From: Camelus dromedarius
Taxonomy: Eukaryota
Reading direction: 5' to 3'
DNA: 64,000 nucleotides
Assembly: GCF_036321535.1 (NCBI RefSeq)
Contig: NC_087436.1
Span: 84,880,001-84,944,000, forward strand
The position numbers were made by a program, and so were the translations under genes. The notes beneath the pieces were generated by a model, which saw only the letters and a list, made by a program, of their open reading frames with translations, made no database searches and was not told the origin of the DNA. Of the stretch, positions 14,801 to 29,070 are shown piece by piece. The stretch's first letter is position 1. Each line of letters opens with the position of its first letter.

Positions 14801-16319
14801 AACTGATGATATTCTTGAACTGGCTAGCTGTCTCACTGGGTGCTGAGGAAGTGAGAGAGGGTGGGGATGTGGAGAAATAACTGAATACTGTATAAAAATG
14901 TGATTTGAAGCCAATTCCGCTGGCTCACTTACATGTTATGATAACCAACCAATTGACTGCAGACCCTTTTGTGTGAGGCCCTGTGCTAGGCACTGAAGAA
15001 AATGAATTCTCCCTATGACCCCATTCCTGCTCTCACTGAGATTACAGAGAGTGGGGCTTCAGAAGGAAAATACATGATTACAGTGCAGTGAATGAGGCAT
15101 AGACAGGCTATCATAGGAACGTGAAGAAGGAACATCTTCATCCCACTAGAGGTCAGAGAGAGCTTCTTGAAGGAGGTTATCTGAGTTGTAAAGGGCCGTG
15201 GGAGTTAGCAGAATGAAGAAAGGAATGGAGGGAGTTCTGGAACAGCGTGTGTACAAAAGCACGAAATACTTGAGTCTTTTGAGTCATTACAGGTATCTAG
15301 TATTGTTGGCATGAGGTGTAGGGGTGAATAGGTGGTGGGAAGCAGGGTAGGCAGAAGCTAGTTCCTGAAGGGTCTAGAATGCTAGGTTAAGGAATTCAAA
15401 GATCATCCTGAAAGCTATGGGTGTGAAGATTTATGGGGGCGGGGAGGAGGGTGTTGTCACTGAAGGACTTTAAGTAATTAGTAAATCTAAAGCTCAAGCT
15501 TTAGATTTTAGAAAGTTTTCCTGGGCAATTCTGGAAAGGATGAATTGGAGGGAGGGAACAGAGAAAGATTAAGAAGGGGGGATCTACCAGTTATCAAGCT
15601 TTCTTACACGAATAGTTACTGTCTTACTAACAACAAACTAAGAAAGTAAAAAAGCTTGCTTTAAAAGTTAACCTTTTGATACAGTGATGTAGCACAGAGA
15701 CAGTACAGCCTCCTTAATTTGGCAAAACGTCTCCTCTGTAGCCAAGGGGTTCCAAGAACTGTCTTTAGCCAAGAGTCAAAGAAGTCTGCTCAGGCTGGAG
15801 TGGACCCAATCCCTAATTTCCATGCTTGAGCTCTGCTGCCAGCTAAAATTAAATGGCCATATCCACATTAATGCAGTGGCAAAGTGGGAACTTAGCACAT
15901 TTTCTTAAAACAGAAATGTGTTTATATCGTCAAAATGTTACAGAGTTGGTTTCAGTAACATCAGATGTGCCATTATCCAATTATGATTTAGTGGCATCTA
16001 TAGACCCAAGGAATTTCAGAATGAACCTGCTCCAGTATTACTATTTCAGTTAGCAGTTTTCAGAATGACAGTCTTAACTTCATGTCCACCATTTTATTTT
16101 CACTGTGAATTTAAAAATAAACATTGTTGTCAATAACTGCCTCTGTTATTGTGGTAAAACAGCCACCATTATTCATGAGGCTAAGTGGAAAGAAGATTGG
16201 CCAATGGAACCAATATAATTTGGCAGAACAATGCTATTGTTGATTTCATTAAAAAAGTAAATTTCAAATACTTTTTCTAGAAATATTTTTATCAAAACAA
16301 ATCTTTGGGCTGTATTAGG

Positions 16320-16650
16320 CATTATAGATTTAATGTTTGTGTCCCCTCCAAATTCCTACATTGAAGTCCTAACCCCCAAGATCACGGTGTTAGGAGGTGG
16401 GTCCTTGGGAGATGACTAGGTCATGAGGGCAGAGCCTTCATGAACAGGATTAGTGTCCTTATAAAAAGACTCCTGAGAGATGCCTTGCCCTTACCTCCCT
16501 GAAAGGTTACAGGGAGAAAACGATGGTCTATGAGGAAGCAGATCCTCGCCAGACACCATATCTGCAGGCACTGTGTTCTTGGACTTCCAGCCTCCAGAAC
16601 TGTGAGAAATAAATGGTTGTTTATAAGCCACTCAATTGCTAGTATTTTGT
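16320..16650 (+). mobile_element. MLT1 (MaLR) solo LTR
   Basis: aatgtttgtgtcccc...aacccccaa...ttggacttccagcctccagaactgtgagaaataaat. Confidence 0.85.
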
Positions 16651-19600
16651 TTCTTTTTCTTGTTAACTTATTTAATCCTCTTACTGTTAACATTATAAAT
16701 GATTTGACAAAATTATTCAAATCCATAGTTCACAGAGAAGTTCTTTTCTGGAATCAAAATGTAATATGTATAGAGAATTTATGCATACTATTTTTGTAAT
16801 TCTAGCAAATGCCATTTATTTTCAAACTAATACCTATGAGTGGAGAATATTTTTCTAAAAAATGAGAATACTTAAAAAATAATCTGTATCTGAATATGTC
16901 TACAATTTTTATTTATAAAATATATAATACATAAACATATGTTTACTGTGTATTTTATTATAAATATTTATTTACAGTATATACTAGTTATATATATGTT
17001 TACATGCATGTTTTCACAATAGATACATTCTTTTCTGTATATTTTAAGGATATAACCCTTCTTTTTATTTATTTGGGGTAGAATTTATTGTGTTTGTTTT
17101 TCTCCTAGTTAGGATTTAACAGGAGAGCACTAAGTTCAGATTAGGTGTTACTAGTTCCGTTCCAGAGAGGTCAACACTGAGACCAGAGTGTTGCCCCAGA
17201 CTTCATAGCTGGCAGGAGGGCGAAGCAGAGTCATGTTTTACACCAGATCTGCCTGATTACTAGCATTCCAAGGTCTGTTTCACCACACCCTGCTACTTCC
17301 CATCCAATTATGTCTGATGCTTTATATGCAATTTCAAGTCCTTCAGAGTTTCTTTAATTCATTTGTACTCTCACAGAATAAAGCTCCTCTATCCTTCATT
17401 AGAAGATGCTGCTTTTAACTGCCAGAGATAATGATGTTCTAGGTTAGGGGGAGCTAATTCCAAAGGGAAATGACCATGCAAACCCTGTGGTGGGAGGTAA
17501 CTGAGATGCCAGGAAATCCTCAGTTTAAATCCTAGCAAACTATAGAGAGGGAGATTGAATTTAGGAAGTATGCTTTTTGACACAAGCCAAGTAAGGTATC
17601 AAGGTAACAGTAAATCACAATCATCTGGTTGTGAGACCCCTGCAAAAGAGAGACTCTGATCAATAAATAGAAAGTTTAACTTATTTAAACATATCTTCTT
17701 TAATTTGAAAAATGCATGATGATATTTAACTGCTCTAGACTCTTGATTCTCACAGATTTAGAGCTGGTGGATTGTAGGATATAAAGAGGAAATCATAACT
17801 ACATGTCTGTCTACTCCCAGAAGGTGACCAACATTCAAAATCTGGAGTTACCTGCCTCAGCAACTGTGATGAGTCCTATCCATGGAGATTCTCTGAGTAA
17901 AGGGTGGTCAAAGATTTAGCTCTAGCAAGCATCACACTGACTTTGTTTTAGATAACTGTTCTGTCTAAATGCATTTGAAGTGGTCATAAAGAGATGCTAC
18001 TTTTGGGGAAAGTGCTCTCAAATTGACAGATGTGATATAGACGAGAGTCATGAAGTTAGTAAATGAACATGACTTACAAGGTTAACTTTTACCTGGAATA
18101 TCACACTTTTGTCTTCTCTTCCTCACACCTGAGAGGACCTTGTTTTTTCCTTGCTTCTTACATGATAGTATCACTGAATTTTACTAATGGAAGCTATCAC
18201 CTATTTTATTTGATCATTTTCCAGGTGAGAACATTGAACCCTAAGAGGTTGCCTTCACACATGCTAACAATGCAAACCCCTTGATCTTCTAATCCTAGTT
18301 AAAAGGATTCACGACATTTATGAAGAAGACAGCAGCTGATCCCAGCCCACAGTGTCCTTCTCAGGACTTGAGGATACTGGGGAAAAAAAATCACACCCAT
18401 TTCCCAAAATTTAATTCTAAGACCATTTCCCTCCCCCATGCCAGATAGAACAAGTTTAGTTAATTATATAGTTGGAGGGGGGCATTAAGATACATCTGGT
18501 AAGTTAGATGGAAATAGAAAAATGCCTGGTAAATACATACACATTATTGTAATTGTTTTACTTTTTATAAGGTTTTCTTTAAAAATACTTATACACTAAT
18601 GTTACATGATGAGTAATTAGCTTTATCAAGTAGGATTACAATAGATATAAAATTATTAAGTTTTCATGTTGGAATAAGCATATCTCTAATATATTAAGTC
18701 AAAATACTTTAAGATACAGTAGTTTGAATATAATACAGTTGAAATTGTTTCACTTGACCTTTTCCCATAATTTGATTTCTTTCTTTTCTCTGGACTGTTT
18801 AAGTTTTTTACCTTGCTGATATGCCAAGCTCCACATTTTTATTTATATACCAAAATATGCTAGGTAGAGTATTAGATAAATGTTACTATTCTTATTATTA
18901 AGTAAATATTAGTATACTTATTAGGAATTCCAGAATTTTAAAGAATTCTTAGCACTTTCTTTAAAGATGTTCTATTCCCCTCTACAGTACTCCCATTTGA
19001 CAACTTTTGAAAGTTCTTCTAAGCAAATTACCAGGAAGGGAATTATAACAAGTTTTCTGAAGAGGCTGAATGGTGTACCTTAAAAAGCAAAGTCTACAAT
19101 GAAACCATAGTCTCTAAGCTTTTTCCTCCTAAGCCCCTGACAAGTATTAAAAAGTATAGATTGGGAAAAAGGAATGCTGAATATTAAATTCAATAATGGC
19201 ACAACTTTTGAAATGCACAAGCATTTCTGTCTAAATTCCACACAAAAATTACAGGTAAGACAAACAATAATTAAGTGCAAAAGCCTATTCCTCACTTTTG
19301 GATAATTTTCACACATTTTCAAAACATAAGGGAAAATCCTCATTGTAGTTAAGTAGTTTAGAGAACATTTCCTTATCCTTAAACTTCCATCTCATGAACT
19401 AACTTCTGCCATTAAAACATTGTTTCTGTGAGCATACTGTGAGAAAGAATTTTTAAAAGATAATTTCTCTTTTCACAATAAGCCCCAGGAAGTCTAAATA
19501 AACCTCGGAAGAAAATCTAAGATCTATTTTTCTTTCCTAGCATGAAAAGAGAGAACCCTAGTTGTCCAGACGGGTTGGAAACAGAGCTGTACAGCTCAAT

Positions 19601-19989
19601 TCTCCAATATGTTTAAAAATATACAGAAAGCTCTCTGTTGAATTTTTTAAAATGAGCTCTTACACAATAAAATTGCATGCCATGCAAGTGAATTAAATAA
19701 GAGACTGGGGACTAAATAATCAAATCAGGAAAAGTATATACCCAGTTTCATTTCTGAACAATTAATCCAAACATTCTTGACAATATTTTTTGCCTTTCAT
19801 TTTAGCACCTAAAAAAAAACAATCCTGTCGATTCCTAAATGTTAATCTTGGTGTAGTTAAGATCCATTACAAGAAGATACATGTGCTGTTATTTGCATAC
19901 GAAAAGAAACATCAAAAAACTGTCCCTCTATCACCCAAGCATCTTTGGGTTATTTACATTTTGGAATGATAACAGAAAGCACAGATTAC

Positions 19990-20110
19990 CTGACACACAG
20001 AGATAATACCTGTCCTGGACCGAGACCTCTATTTCAATAAACTCGTACAGATTCTGCGAGAGTGGCTTGAACAGTTTCTTCTCCAAGTCCTCCTTTACCA
20101 ATGATGACAT
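19990..20110 (-). CDS. EXOC1L: EXOC1L coding exon 1 ([40 protein letters not shown] + 1 nt)
   Basis: ATG at 20110 (context GAAATGT). 121 nt ending at a G|GTAATC donor, phase 1. Translation recognised as the N-terminus of exocyst complex component 1-like. Confidence 0.95.
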
Positions 20111-20450
20111 TTCCTCCACTTCCACTTGGCCTGCGATCTTGGCTCCAGCTCACTCTTCCTCTCTTGCTCCCTAGATTTCTTGTTTTGGTCCGCAGCTCCT
20201 TGGTGAGTCCCGCCCACCTCCCAACCCTGACTCTTAACTTCTCATTCCTAGCCAGACCCAGGCTCCCGAGAGCACTCAGCGCGGTCAGACCCCTCACTGC
20301 GGTATCTGCCCAGTGACAGCAGCAGAGGCAGCAGCCAAAATACAGCAGCCGCACCAGCCCCACCGTCACTCTCCAGCATCCAGGCTCAAGGAGGCTGCTC
20401 TCTGGAGCTCTCCTGTGGTTTGTTGATGGGGAACATATTTATGAACACCA
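20111..20450 (-). promoter_or_regulatory. EXOC1L 5' UTR / proximal promoter region
   Basis: Locally GC- and CpG-enriched, repeat-free stretch directly upstream of the ATG. The TSS cannot be located from sequence. Confidence 0.45.
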
Positions 20451-22029
20451 GCAGATACACTTGTGGAGTCACCTGGTTTCCCTAGTCTAGTAGCCTTTTC
20501 CCCTATCGCATCACTCTGCAGAGGAAGACCACTACTTCAGCTTGATTCCATTATATAAATCAGCTGTCTGGCTCTATTGATTGGGATCATCTTCCATTAA
20601 GAACTTTGCTATCATCGGCAAGAGAAAAAGCATCTGTGCTTGTTCCTGACACTTCCAACAAGTCTCTTTCCCTCCTTTCTTTCCCCTCCTGCAGCTCATT
20701 CAGACCTTTGTTTCCATGAGAGTCAGCACCAACTCCTGGTCCAAATTACTTTTAAAATGAGCTCACTTTAGTGCTATTTATTCCTTTACTCACAAAGAAA
20801 AATTTACTTGGTACCTACTAGGGCAAAGCATGTTTCTGGGAGGGTGAATTTCCTATCCTCAGGAAGCTAATAATCTGATAGGGATGAGTACACTAAATAA
20901 TTATCATAAATGTTTAAAAGTCATAAAGGGCACAAAAGAAAAGGAAATACAGAAAAGATATTTGTACCTGGAAAGTGTCAGAGACAGTGCTATGGGGGAG
21001 GATCTGGAGCTTGAAGGATGAGAGGCGAGCACGAAAGTGGAGGAGCCTATTCTGTGAAAGGAACGCTGTGAATGACAACGCTGATCAGTGAAGCAGAGGG
21101 GGTGTTTGGGAGGACAGCATGTAGCCCAGTTTGCCTAAGTTTTAGAAGGTGTGCGAGTAAGTAAGAGAGAAAAGAGTGACTGTAAAGCAGGCAGCCAGTA
21201 GCATCTTTTGTGGCTCCTCTAAGAAAAATTAGTGGCATGTCTGCAGCTAGGCTGAATTGTGGGGTCCTGGGTGAGACATTTGCCTTTCTGAGCCTGTTTC
21301 CTTACCTGAAGAGTGATCTCTAGGTTCTTTTCCTACTTTAGTATCTCCTATTCTGTTTGTGATTCTGGGAATCTATTAGAATAATTTGGGTAAGAGGACC
21401 AGAGAACTAGTACTATGCTTTTGGGTATGGAAAATGGAGACGAGGAAATGAATGTAAGATGTATTTGGATGATAAAATGAATAAGCTGTGGCACCTAATT
21501 GGATGCGAAAGGCAGAAGGTGGAGTCAATATGACACAACTACTTTCCACTTTGATCCAGGGAATGTGTAAATGGGCTCACATCATAGGAGGTAGGTTTTC
21601 AGAGGACTATTTTCAGCTTTTACTTAAAAAATTTCCTGGGTGTTTTAGTCTTCCTATGGAGAAAAAAGACTGGGATAGAAAATCAGAACAACTCATCAGC
21701 AATACTGTCACTGAAATTTAATTAGATATTTGTTTAAGTGCTTCTTTGCTTTCTGTTTTTCTCCCCTCCTAGACTGTAAGTTTCATAAAGGCCGGAGCCA
21801 TGTTTTTCCCGTCTGCCATTCTTTCGGGCTACATGATGCACAGTGACTACCATGTCACAGGCATTCTTGCATTCATTTATTCATTCAGCTTATTTGTAAC
21901 TATTTAGTAAAAGAACAAATAAGTGAATCAAAGTCTTAGAATAACTTCTTTTTATTTCACATAGTTGATTTTGCAGTGATTTATCCTCACAGCTGGAAGG
22001 CACAGTTGTTAGTGTGGTAGTGGTGGTGG

Positions 22030-22525
22030 GGAGGGGAGAATTTCCCCTTACCCCTCTTGAGTTCTACTGGCTGGTCTAATAATTAAGTGGACAGAAGACA
22101 GATTAATAGGAGAAAAGGCCAATGTAATTCATGCACACGGAGGTCTCATAGATCTGGAACTCCCACAGTGGCCAGAACAGGCTGTTTATATATCATTTTC
22201 AGACAAAAAAAAATTATTTGTGAAGATTTAACAAAGCAAAGGGGCTCGTGCTTGGGCAGCAGATTAATGAAGAATAATATAGTTTGTCTATACAGCTTTC
22301 TTAACCTTGAATTCCCTGACTGGTGATCAGGATGCTTTCTCTCCTCCTGGGGTAGGGGGGATACTTCCACATGGCAGATTTCCTGCCTTCAGGGGGGAAA
22401 AAGGGAGTCAGAATGGGGTTTTTTAATGTCATTTTTCCCACTGGCTGTTTCTCAAGTCACTTTAATTCAAAATAACCAATATGCCATTGAGGTACACTTT
22501 GGGGCATCCTTCCCTGGGCCCCAAC
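22030..22525. mobile_element. LTR-like element
   Basis: Resembles artiodactyl ERV LTR text (ctggtctaataattaagtggacagaagacagattaataggagaaaa). Family not determined. Confidence 0.45.
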
Positions 22526-24599
22526 ATTAGTCTTACCAGTTACTTATCCTGTATCAATATCCATTTGCTCTTAATTGCCATGAACACATGGACTTTAGTT
22601 GTGAGCATCTCAAAAGCACTTCTGAAGGAGATGCTACAACTTTCTCTGGACGTTCTTAAGAGTGGCTATGTATTCCAGGGTGGTCTTAAGCAACATTGAA
22701 ATCAGAGGTTCAGGGATTGACATAGGACCTTTTAATTTGCTATCAGTTAAGGGTGTTCAGAAATGATTTGCCAGTTAGTTTGAATATTCTTATAGTATCA
22801 ATTTGATTGACAGTCATAGGGGAAAAGTCATGTTAAAATGCTAATAAATGTCTCTTTTAAGGTTCCAAATAACTTTGTAAGAACAATCTATCAAAATATT
22901 ATCTCCATTAATAAGAATTGAAGGATTTAACCTTAAAAGAAGTACAAATGACAATTCATTGAAAGTGAAAATAAGGAAGATCTTTAGAGACCCTAATTTC
23001 TTCGTCAGTTAAGAGGAATACAGTACCAACCCTTTGGAAACTAACATCAACAGAAGAAGTGCTAGAAAAATAACAAATAGACCCCCCCAAAAAATGTTCA
23101 TTAAGATATTTAATAGGACTATTACAACAGTCTTTCCTCATAGCCAAAGGCTATTCTAGTCTGTAAACTTACTTTCTGAAATGCTATAGAATTGTCAGTG
23201 GGATGAGGAGAAAACCATAAAAAGTGACATATTTATGGAAACACTTATTTTTAAAACACCAGCATCTCCTAAATACATTTCCTACAGGAAAGGAATTTTC
23301 AAAATCCACTGTTTCACTGATGAGGCTCTGTTAGTCCATCATCCTGGGTAAAGTAATGAAGCTTGTGTGTGTAGATACAGCCCAACGGGTATATAGGGAG
23401 GAAAATTACTCAGAAGAAAAGACTTCCCTGCATATAAGACTCACAGATTAATGATCCTTTGTGTTAACTGAGGACTGGAAGCCTGGAATCTCAAAGACCA
23501 CAACTACAAGAGTGGACTACAGTTTTAAAGTCTATAAACATTCCAGATCTATTTTATTCTTACTACTTTTCTTTTCAGAGACCAAGAAACTATTATTCTT
23601 TTAATTTTCAGTTTTGGAATCTTGCTTTAATCACTTCCCAACATGGTCTTTAAAAATTTTACATTCTCTTGCAACCAGAGAATTATTTACTGCTTGAGAA
23701 ATCTGGGAGTAAGTGTCCCATCTGCCCATAAGTAACAAGATCACAGTGTTCAAATGATGGTAAGATTCTCCCTTGTGCACGTTCACAGGTGATAGGTGGG
23801 CAGGTCCTCACAGAGCTCAGGGCTCAGGCAGCTCATTGGTTTTCTGGAATTACAAACTTGGCCTGTTTGGGAGTTTGTTGACCAAAGTTCTGCTCTTCTC
23901 AGGGCCACTCTGTAAGTGTAATGAGGAGGTAGTGATAAACACAGTGAATCCAGGCTGGGCCCCAACTTTGTGTCTTCTTTCAGACTCACATCCCAAAGCC
24001 CTTTTGCTTCAGCGAAATGCTGTGTTTGTGTCCACCCTCACATTACTAAGTCCTGGAGTGGCCTTCAGGAGAGGAGGGGAAATACTATTTATTTACCAGG
24101 AATCAATGCCAGAATGTGTGTGTTGTCCTTTGCATTATACATTGCTTAATCTTCTGGCAAAGCTAAGAGATACATGATTGTCCCCATTTTCCCTCTTAGG
24201 AAATAGAGTATCCTATGGAAACATGGTAGCGCTCCTTAAAACTTGACATAGGAGATGATGCGTCTCTGTCCCACATTTATTGCTTCTCTCTTTGGTAAGA
24301 ATGTCTTTAGTAGTAAAATGTTATTGTAACTAAATCTTCATTCATAGATCCTAAACTTGATGCCTTTTTATGTGTGATTATATGCCCGACTGAAAAACGC
24401 CACTTCTATGTTGCATTACTTAAACTTTTATTTGTAGGAATCAGGACAATGTTGGTATCAAAATATTTAATCTTTTTACACGCAAAAAATTCTATTACTG
24501 TATCATATTTTATTTAATCCAGGAAATATTTGTTCTTTAACCAAGGTAATTCCTTGGTAATTCAGTTTAGGAACATCGTGTGTGTGTGTGGGGGAGTGT

Positions 24600-24957
24600 G
24601 CAATGAAAGATAGACTGAATGTTTATATGCCCCACTCCATAAATTCATCTGTTGAAATTCTAACCCCCAGTGTGATAGGACCAGAAGGGGAGACCTTTGG
24701 GAGGTGATTAGTTCATGAGGATGGAGCCCTCATGAATGGGATTAGTGTCCTTATAAGAGACCCCAGGGAGCTCCCTTGCCCCTTCTGTGAGGAGGACACA
24801 GGGAAAAGAACCAAGAACTAGGCTGTCACCAGACACTGAATCTGTTGGCACCTTGAACTTAAACTTCCGAGCCTCCAGAACTGTGAGAGAGAAATTTCTA
24901 TTTTTTAAGCCCCTCAGTCTATGAGATTGTTATAGCAGCCCAAACAGACTAAGACAG
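24600..24957 (+). mobile_element. MLT1 (MaLR) solo LTR
   Basis: gactgaatgttt...gcctccagaactgtgaga...ttatagcagcccaaacagactaagaca. Confidence 0.88.
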
Positions 24958-26218
24958 TGTGTGTATGTCTGGGGGGGGGGGTGTATACACTTTGATAATT
25001 TAAATTCCAAATGCATCTACTTTGTAAGGTGTTTTCTCTTGTTTCTATTTGTTTTCTTCCAGTTATGGATACTCCAGGTAGTCCCATCACTCTGACTGTG
25101 GTAAGAGTTATCAGAGACTAGGACAGCCCTATCCCTGAAAGGAGAAGAAATGCAGTTCCTTCTTTTTGTGCCTGCTCTTCCCTGACATCCTGACATTCAC
25201 CAACAAGGACTTGCTGGGAGACTCTATCTCAGACTTTAGTTTATCACTCATACTGCAGAGTGTGTCACAATAGGAAGGCTTCAGTGGTTCACAGTCAGTG
25301 CCAGAGTCCTCATTAGGAGAGGGTTTCTCTGACTCAGCCAGAGAGGGAGTACATTTCTTGCTCAGAATACTCCAGTGTCATTTTAAAACATTGGATTTAC
25401 AGAGGCAGTTTCCTTCTAAAAGTAGGCTATGAAAAATATATTCCTCTGACAAGATATGTACACAAATCCGTTTTCAGGGAAGAGTTTTTCTTTCCATACA
25501 ATTTAACAAACATTCAAAGAAAGATTATAAAGGAAAGATTTGTATTTTCTTCTGTATGCTCTAGAATATCACCAAGAACAAGTTTTTGTTTGGTTTCACT
25601 TGGTTCCACTGAGTACATGATTTATGTTCATAAAGAAACTACTCCAGTGTCAGAAGTTAGTAAAAATAAAATAATTTTTATAAAATGGCCTCTTTTATAG
25701 GTGCTAAAATATATATGGCAGGTTAGACAAATGTTTCCAAACATTTTTTTTTCTTGTTTTGGAGATAAAGGGATTTTGAACTAGTTAATGGCAAGAAAGT
25801 CACATTACTTGATATCCAATTAATAATAACAAATTTGTAGTAGATGCTAAATAATCATAGAGTGCTTACTATATGCCAGGAGCCATTCAAACAGCTTTGC
25901 AAACATTAGCTTATTTAATCTTCCCACCAACTCTATGAGGTACCTATTATTGTTATTCAAATTTTACATATGAGAAAACTTTTGCACAAGTCACCACTTA
26001 CTTGCCCCATGTCACATTGTAGTGAGACCGGGTTTGAATGCCCGCAGTCTTGCTCTGTGATTTGTGCTCAGAACCACGGGGTCATGCTGCCTTGTTCCAA
26101 AGTGACCCTGAGTAGTATTTTAAAACTTTGCTACAAAGTTGTGGCTATCTCTCTTAGGACATTTTAATCTGTAAATAAAGGTACCATTTTCTTGTCTCAG
26201 CCATTTTTCCAACCGCCC

Positions 26219-29070
26219 TTTTTTTTTTTTTTGGTTTTCAAAACTTTTATTTTTTATTATTTTTTAAACATTGTTTTATTGAGTTATAGTCATTTTACAA
26301 TGTTGTGTCAAATTCCAGTGTAGAGAACAATTTTTCAGTTATACATGAACATACATATATTCATTGTCACATTCTCTTTTGCTGTGAGCCACCACAAGAT
26401 CCTGTATATATTTCCCTGTGCTACACAGTACAATCTTGTTTATCTATTCTACATTTTGAAATCCCAGTTTGTCCCTTCTCACCACTCGTCCCCCTGGCAA
26501 CCACAAGTTTGTATTCTATGTCTATGAGTCTGTTTCTGTTTTGTATTTATGTTTTTTTTTTTTTTTTAGATTCTGCATATGAGCGATCTCATATGGTATT
26601 TTTCTTTCTCTTTCTGGCTTACTTCACTTAGAATGACATTCTCCAGGAACATCTATGTTGCTGCAAATGGCATTATGTTGTTGGTTTTTATGGCTGAATA
26701 GTATTCCATTGTATAAATATATCACCTCTTCTTTCTCCAGTCATCTGTTGATGGACATTTAGGCTGTTTCCATGTCTTGGCTATTGTAAATAGTGCTGCT
26801 ATGAACATTGGGGTGCAGGTGTCATCCTGAAGTAGGGTTCCTTCTGGATATATGCCCAGGAGCTGGATTCCTGGGTCATATGGTAAGTTTATTCCTAGTC
26901 TTTTGAGGAATCTCCATACTGTTTTCCACAGTGGCTGCACCAAACTGCATTCCCACCAGCAGTGTAGGAGGGTTCCCTTTTCTCCACACCCTCTCCAGCA
27001 TTTGTCCTTTGTGGACTTTTGAATGATGGCCATTCTGACTGGTGTGAGATGATACCTCATTGTAGTTTTGATTTGCATTTCTCTGATAATTAGTGATACT
27101 GAGTATTCTTTCATGTGCCTATTGATCATTTGTATTTCTTCCTTGGAGAATTGCGTGTTTAGGTCTTCTGCTCATTTTTGGATTGGGTTGTTTGTTTTTT
27201 TCTTATTAAGTCGTATGAGCTGCTTATATGTTCTGGAGATCAAGCCTTTGTCGGTTTCATTTGCAAAAATGTTCTCCCACTCCGTAGGTTGTCTTTTTGT
27301 TTTACTTACGATTTCCTTTGCTGTGCAGAAGCTTGTAAATTTCATTAGGTCCCATTTGTTTATTCTTGCTTTTATTTCCATTGCTTGGGTAGACTGCCCT
27401 CCGTAGAAGAGCATTTTTGAGATGTATGTCAGATAATGTTTTGCCTATATTTTCTTCTAGGAGGTTTATTGTATCCTGTCTTATGTGTAAGTATTTGATC
27501 CATTTTGAGTTTATTTTTGTGTATGGTGTAAGGGAGTGTTCTAGCTTCATTGATTTACATGCTGCTGTCCAGTTTTCCCAACACCATTTGCTGAAGAGAC
27601 TGTCTTTATTCCATTGTATATTCTTGCCTCCTTTGTCGAAGATTAGTTGACCAAAAGTTTGTGGGTTCATTTCTGGGCTCTCTATTTTGTTCCATTGGTC
27701 CGTATGTCTGTTTTTGTACCAATATCATGCTTCTTGTTTACTGCAGCTCTGTAGTATTGTCTGAAGTCTGGGAGAGTTATTCCTCCAGCCTCTTTCTTTT
27801 TCTTCAGTAATGCTTTGGCAATTATAGGTCTTTTGTGGTTCCATATAAATTTTATATGATTTGTTCTAGTTCTGTGAAATATGTCCTGGGTAAAATGATA
27901 AATTGCATTAAATCTGTAGATTGCCTTGGGCAGTATGATCATTTTAACAATATTGATTCTTCAAGTCCAGGAGCATGGGATATCTTTCTATTTTTTAAAG
28001 TCTTCTTCAATTTCCTTAATCAGTGTTTTATTGTTTTCTGTGTATAAGTCTTTCACCTCCTTGGTTAGATTTACTCCTAGGTATTTTATTACTTTGGGTG
28101 CTATTTTAAAGGGGGTTGTTTCTTTACTTTTTCTGTTGATTCATCATTAGTGTAAAGAAATGCAACTGATTTTTGAACGTTAATCTTGTAACCTGCTACT
28201 TTGCTGAATTCTTCGATTATTTCTAGTAGTTTTTGTGTGGACCTTTTAGGGTTTTCTATACGTAGTATCATGTCATCTGCATATAGTGACACTTTTACCT
28301 CTTCTTTTCCAACTTGGATCCCTTTTATTTCTCTCTCTTGCCTGATTGCTGTGGCTAGGACTTCCAAAACTATGTTGAATAGGAGTGGTGAGAGTGGGCA
28401 TCCTTGTCTTGTCCCAGATTTTAGTGGGAAGCTTTTGAGTTTTTCACCGTTGAGTACTATGCTGGCTGTAGGTTTGTCATATATAGCTTTTATTATGTTG
28501 AGATATGTTCCCTCTATACCCACTTTGGTGAGAGTTTTTATCATAAATGGGTGTTGAATTTTATCAAAAGCTTTTTCTGCGTCTATTGAGATGATCATGT
28601 GGTTTTTGTCCTTTCTCTTGTTGATGTGATGTATTACACTGATTGATGTGCGTATGTTGAACCATCCTTGTGTCCCTGGGATGAACCCCATTTGATCATG
28701 ATGTATAATCTTTTTTATGTGCTGTTGGATTCTATTTGCTAGTATTTTGGTATGGATTTTTGCATCTATGTTCATCAGTGATATTGGTCTGTAATTCTCT
28801 TTTTTGGTGGCGCCTTTGCCTGGTTTTGGTATCATGGTGATCGTGGCTTCATAGAATAGGTTTGGGAGTATTTCCTCTTTTTCAATCTTCTGAAAGAGTT
28901 TGAGAAGGACTGGTATGAGTTCTTCTTTGTATGTTTGGTAGAATTCCCCAGTGAAGATGTCCGGTCCTGGAGTTTTATTTGTAGGGAGGTTCTTAATTGC
29001 TAATTCGATTTCATTTCTAGTGATTGGTTTGTTCAAGTGGTCAGTTTCTTCTTGATTCAGTCTTGGTGGA
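26219..29070 (-). mobile_element. Relatively young 5'-truncated L1 (RT domain to 3' UTR, poly-A at left)
   Basis: ORF 28101-29114 encodes L1 RT ([13 protein letters not shown]...[13 protein letters not shown]...YADD). Downstream ORF2 pieces lie in shifted frames. T-tract at 26219-26232. Confidence 0.97.

Noticed and set aside
15700..16260. Repeat-free AT-rich intronic stretch with homeobox-like motifs
   Set aside because: Conservation cannot be assessed from one sequence, and such motifs are common by chance.
20034..20369. 111-aa ORF overlapping EXOC1L exon 1 in another frame
   Set aside because: Starts at GTG rather than ATG and has no recognisable homology; likely incidental.
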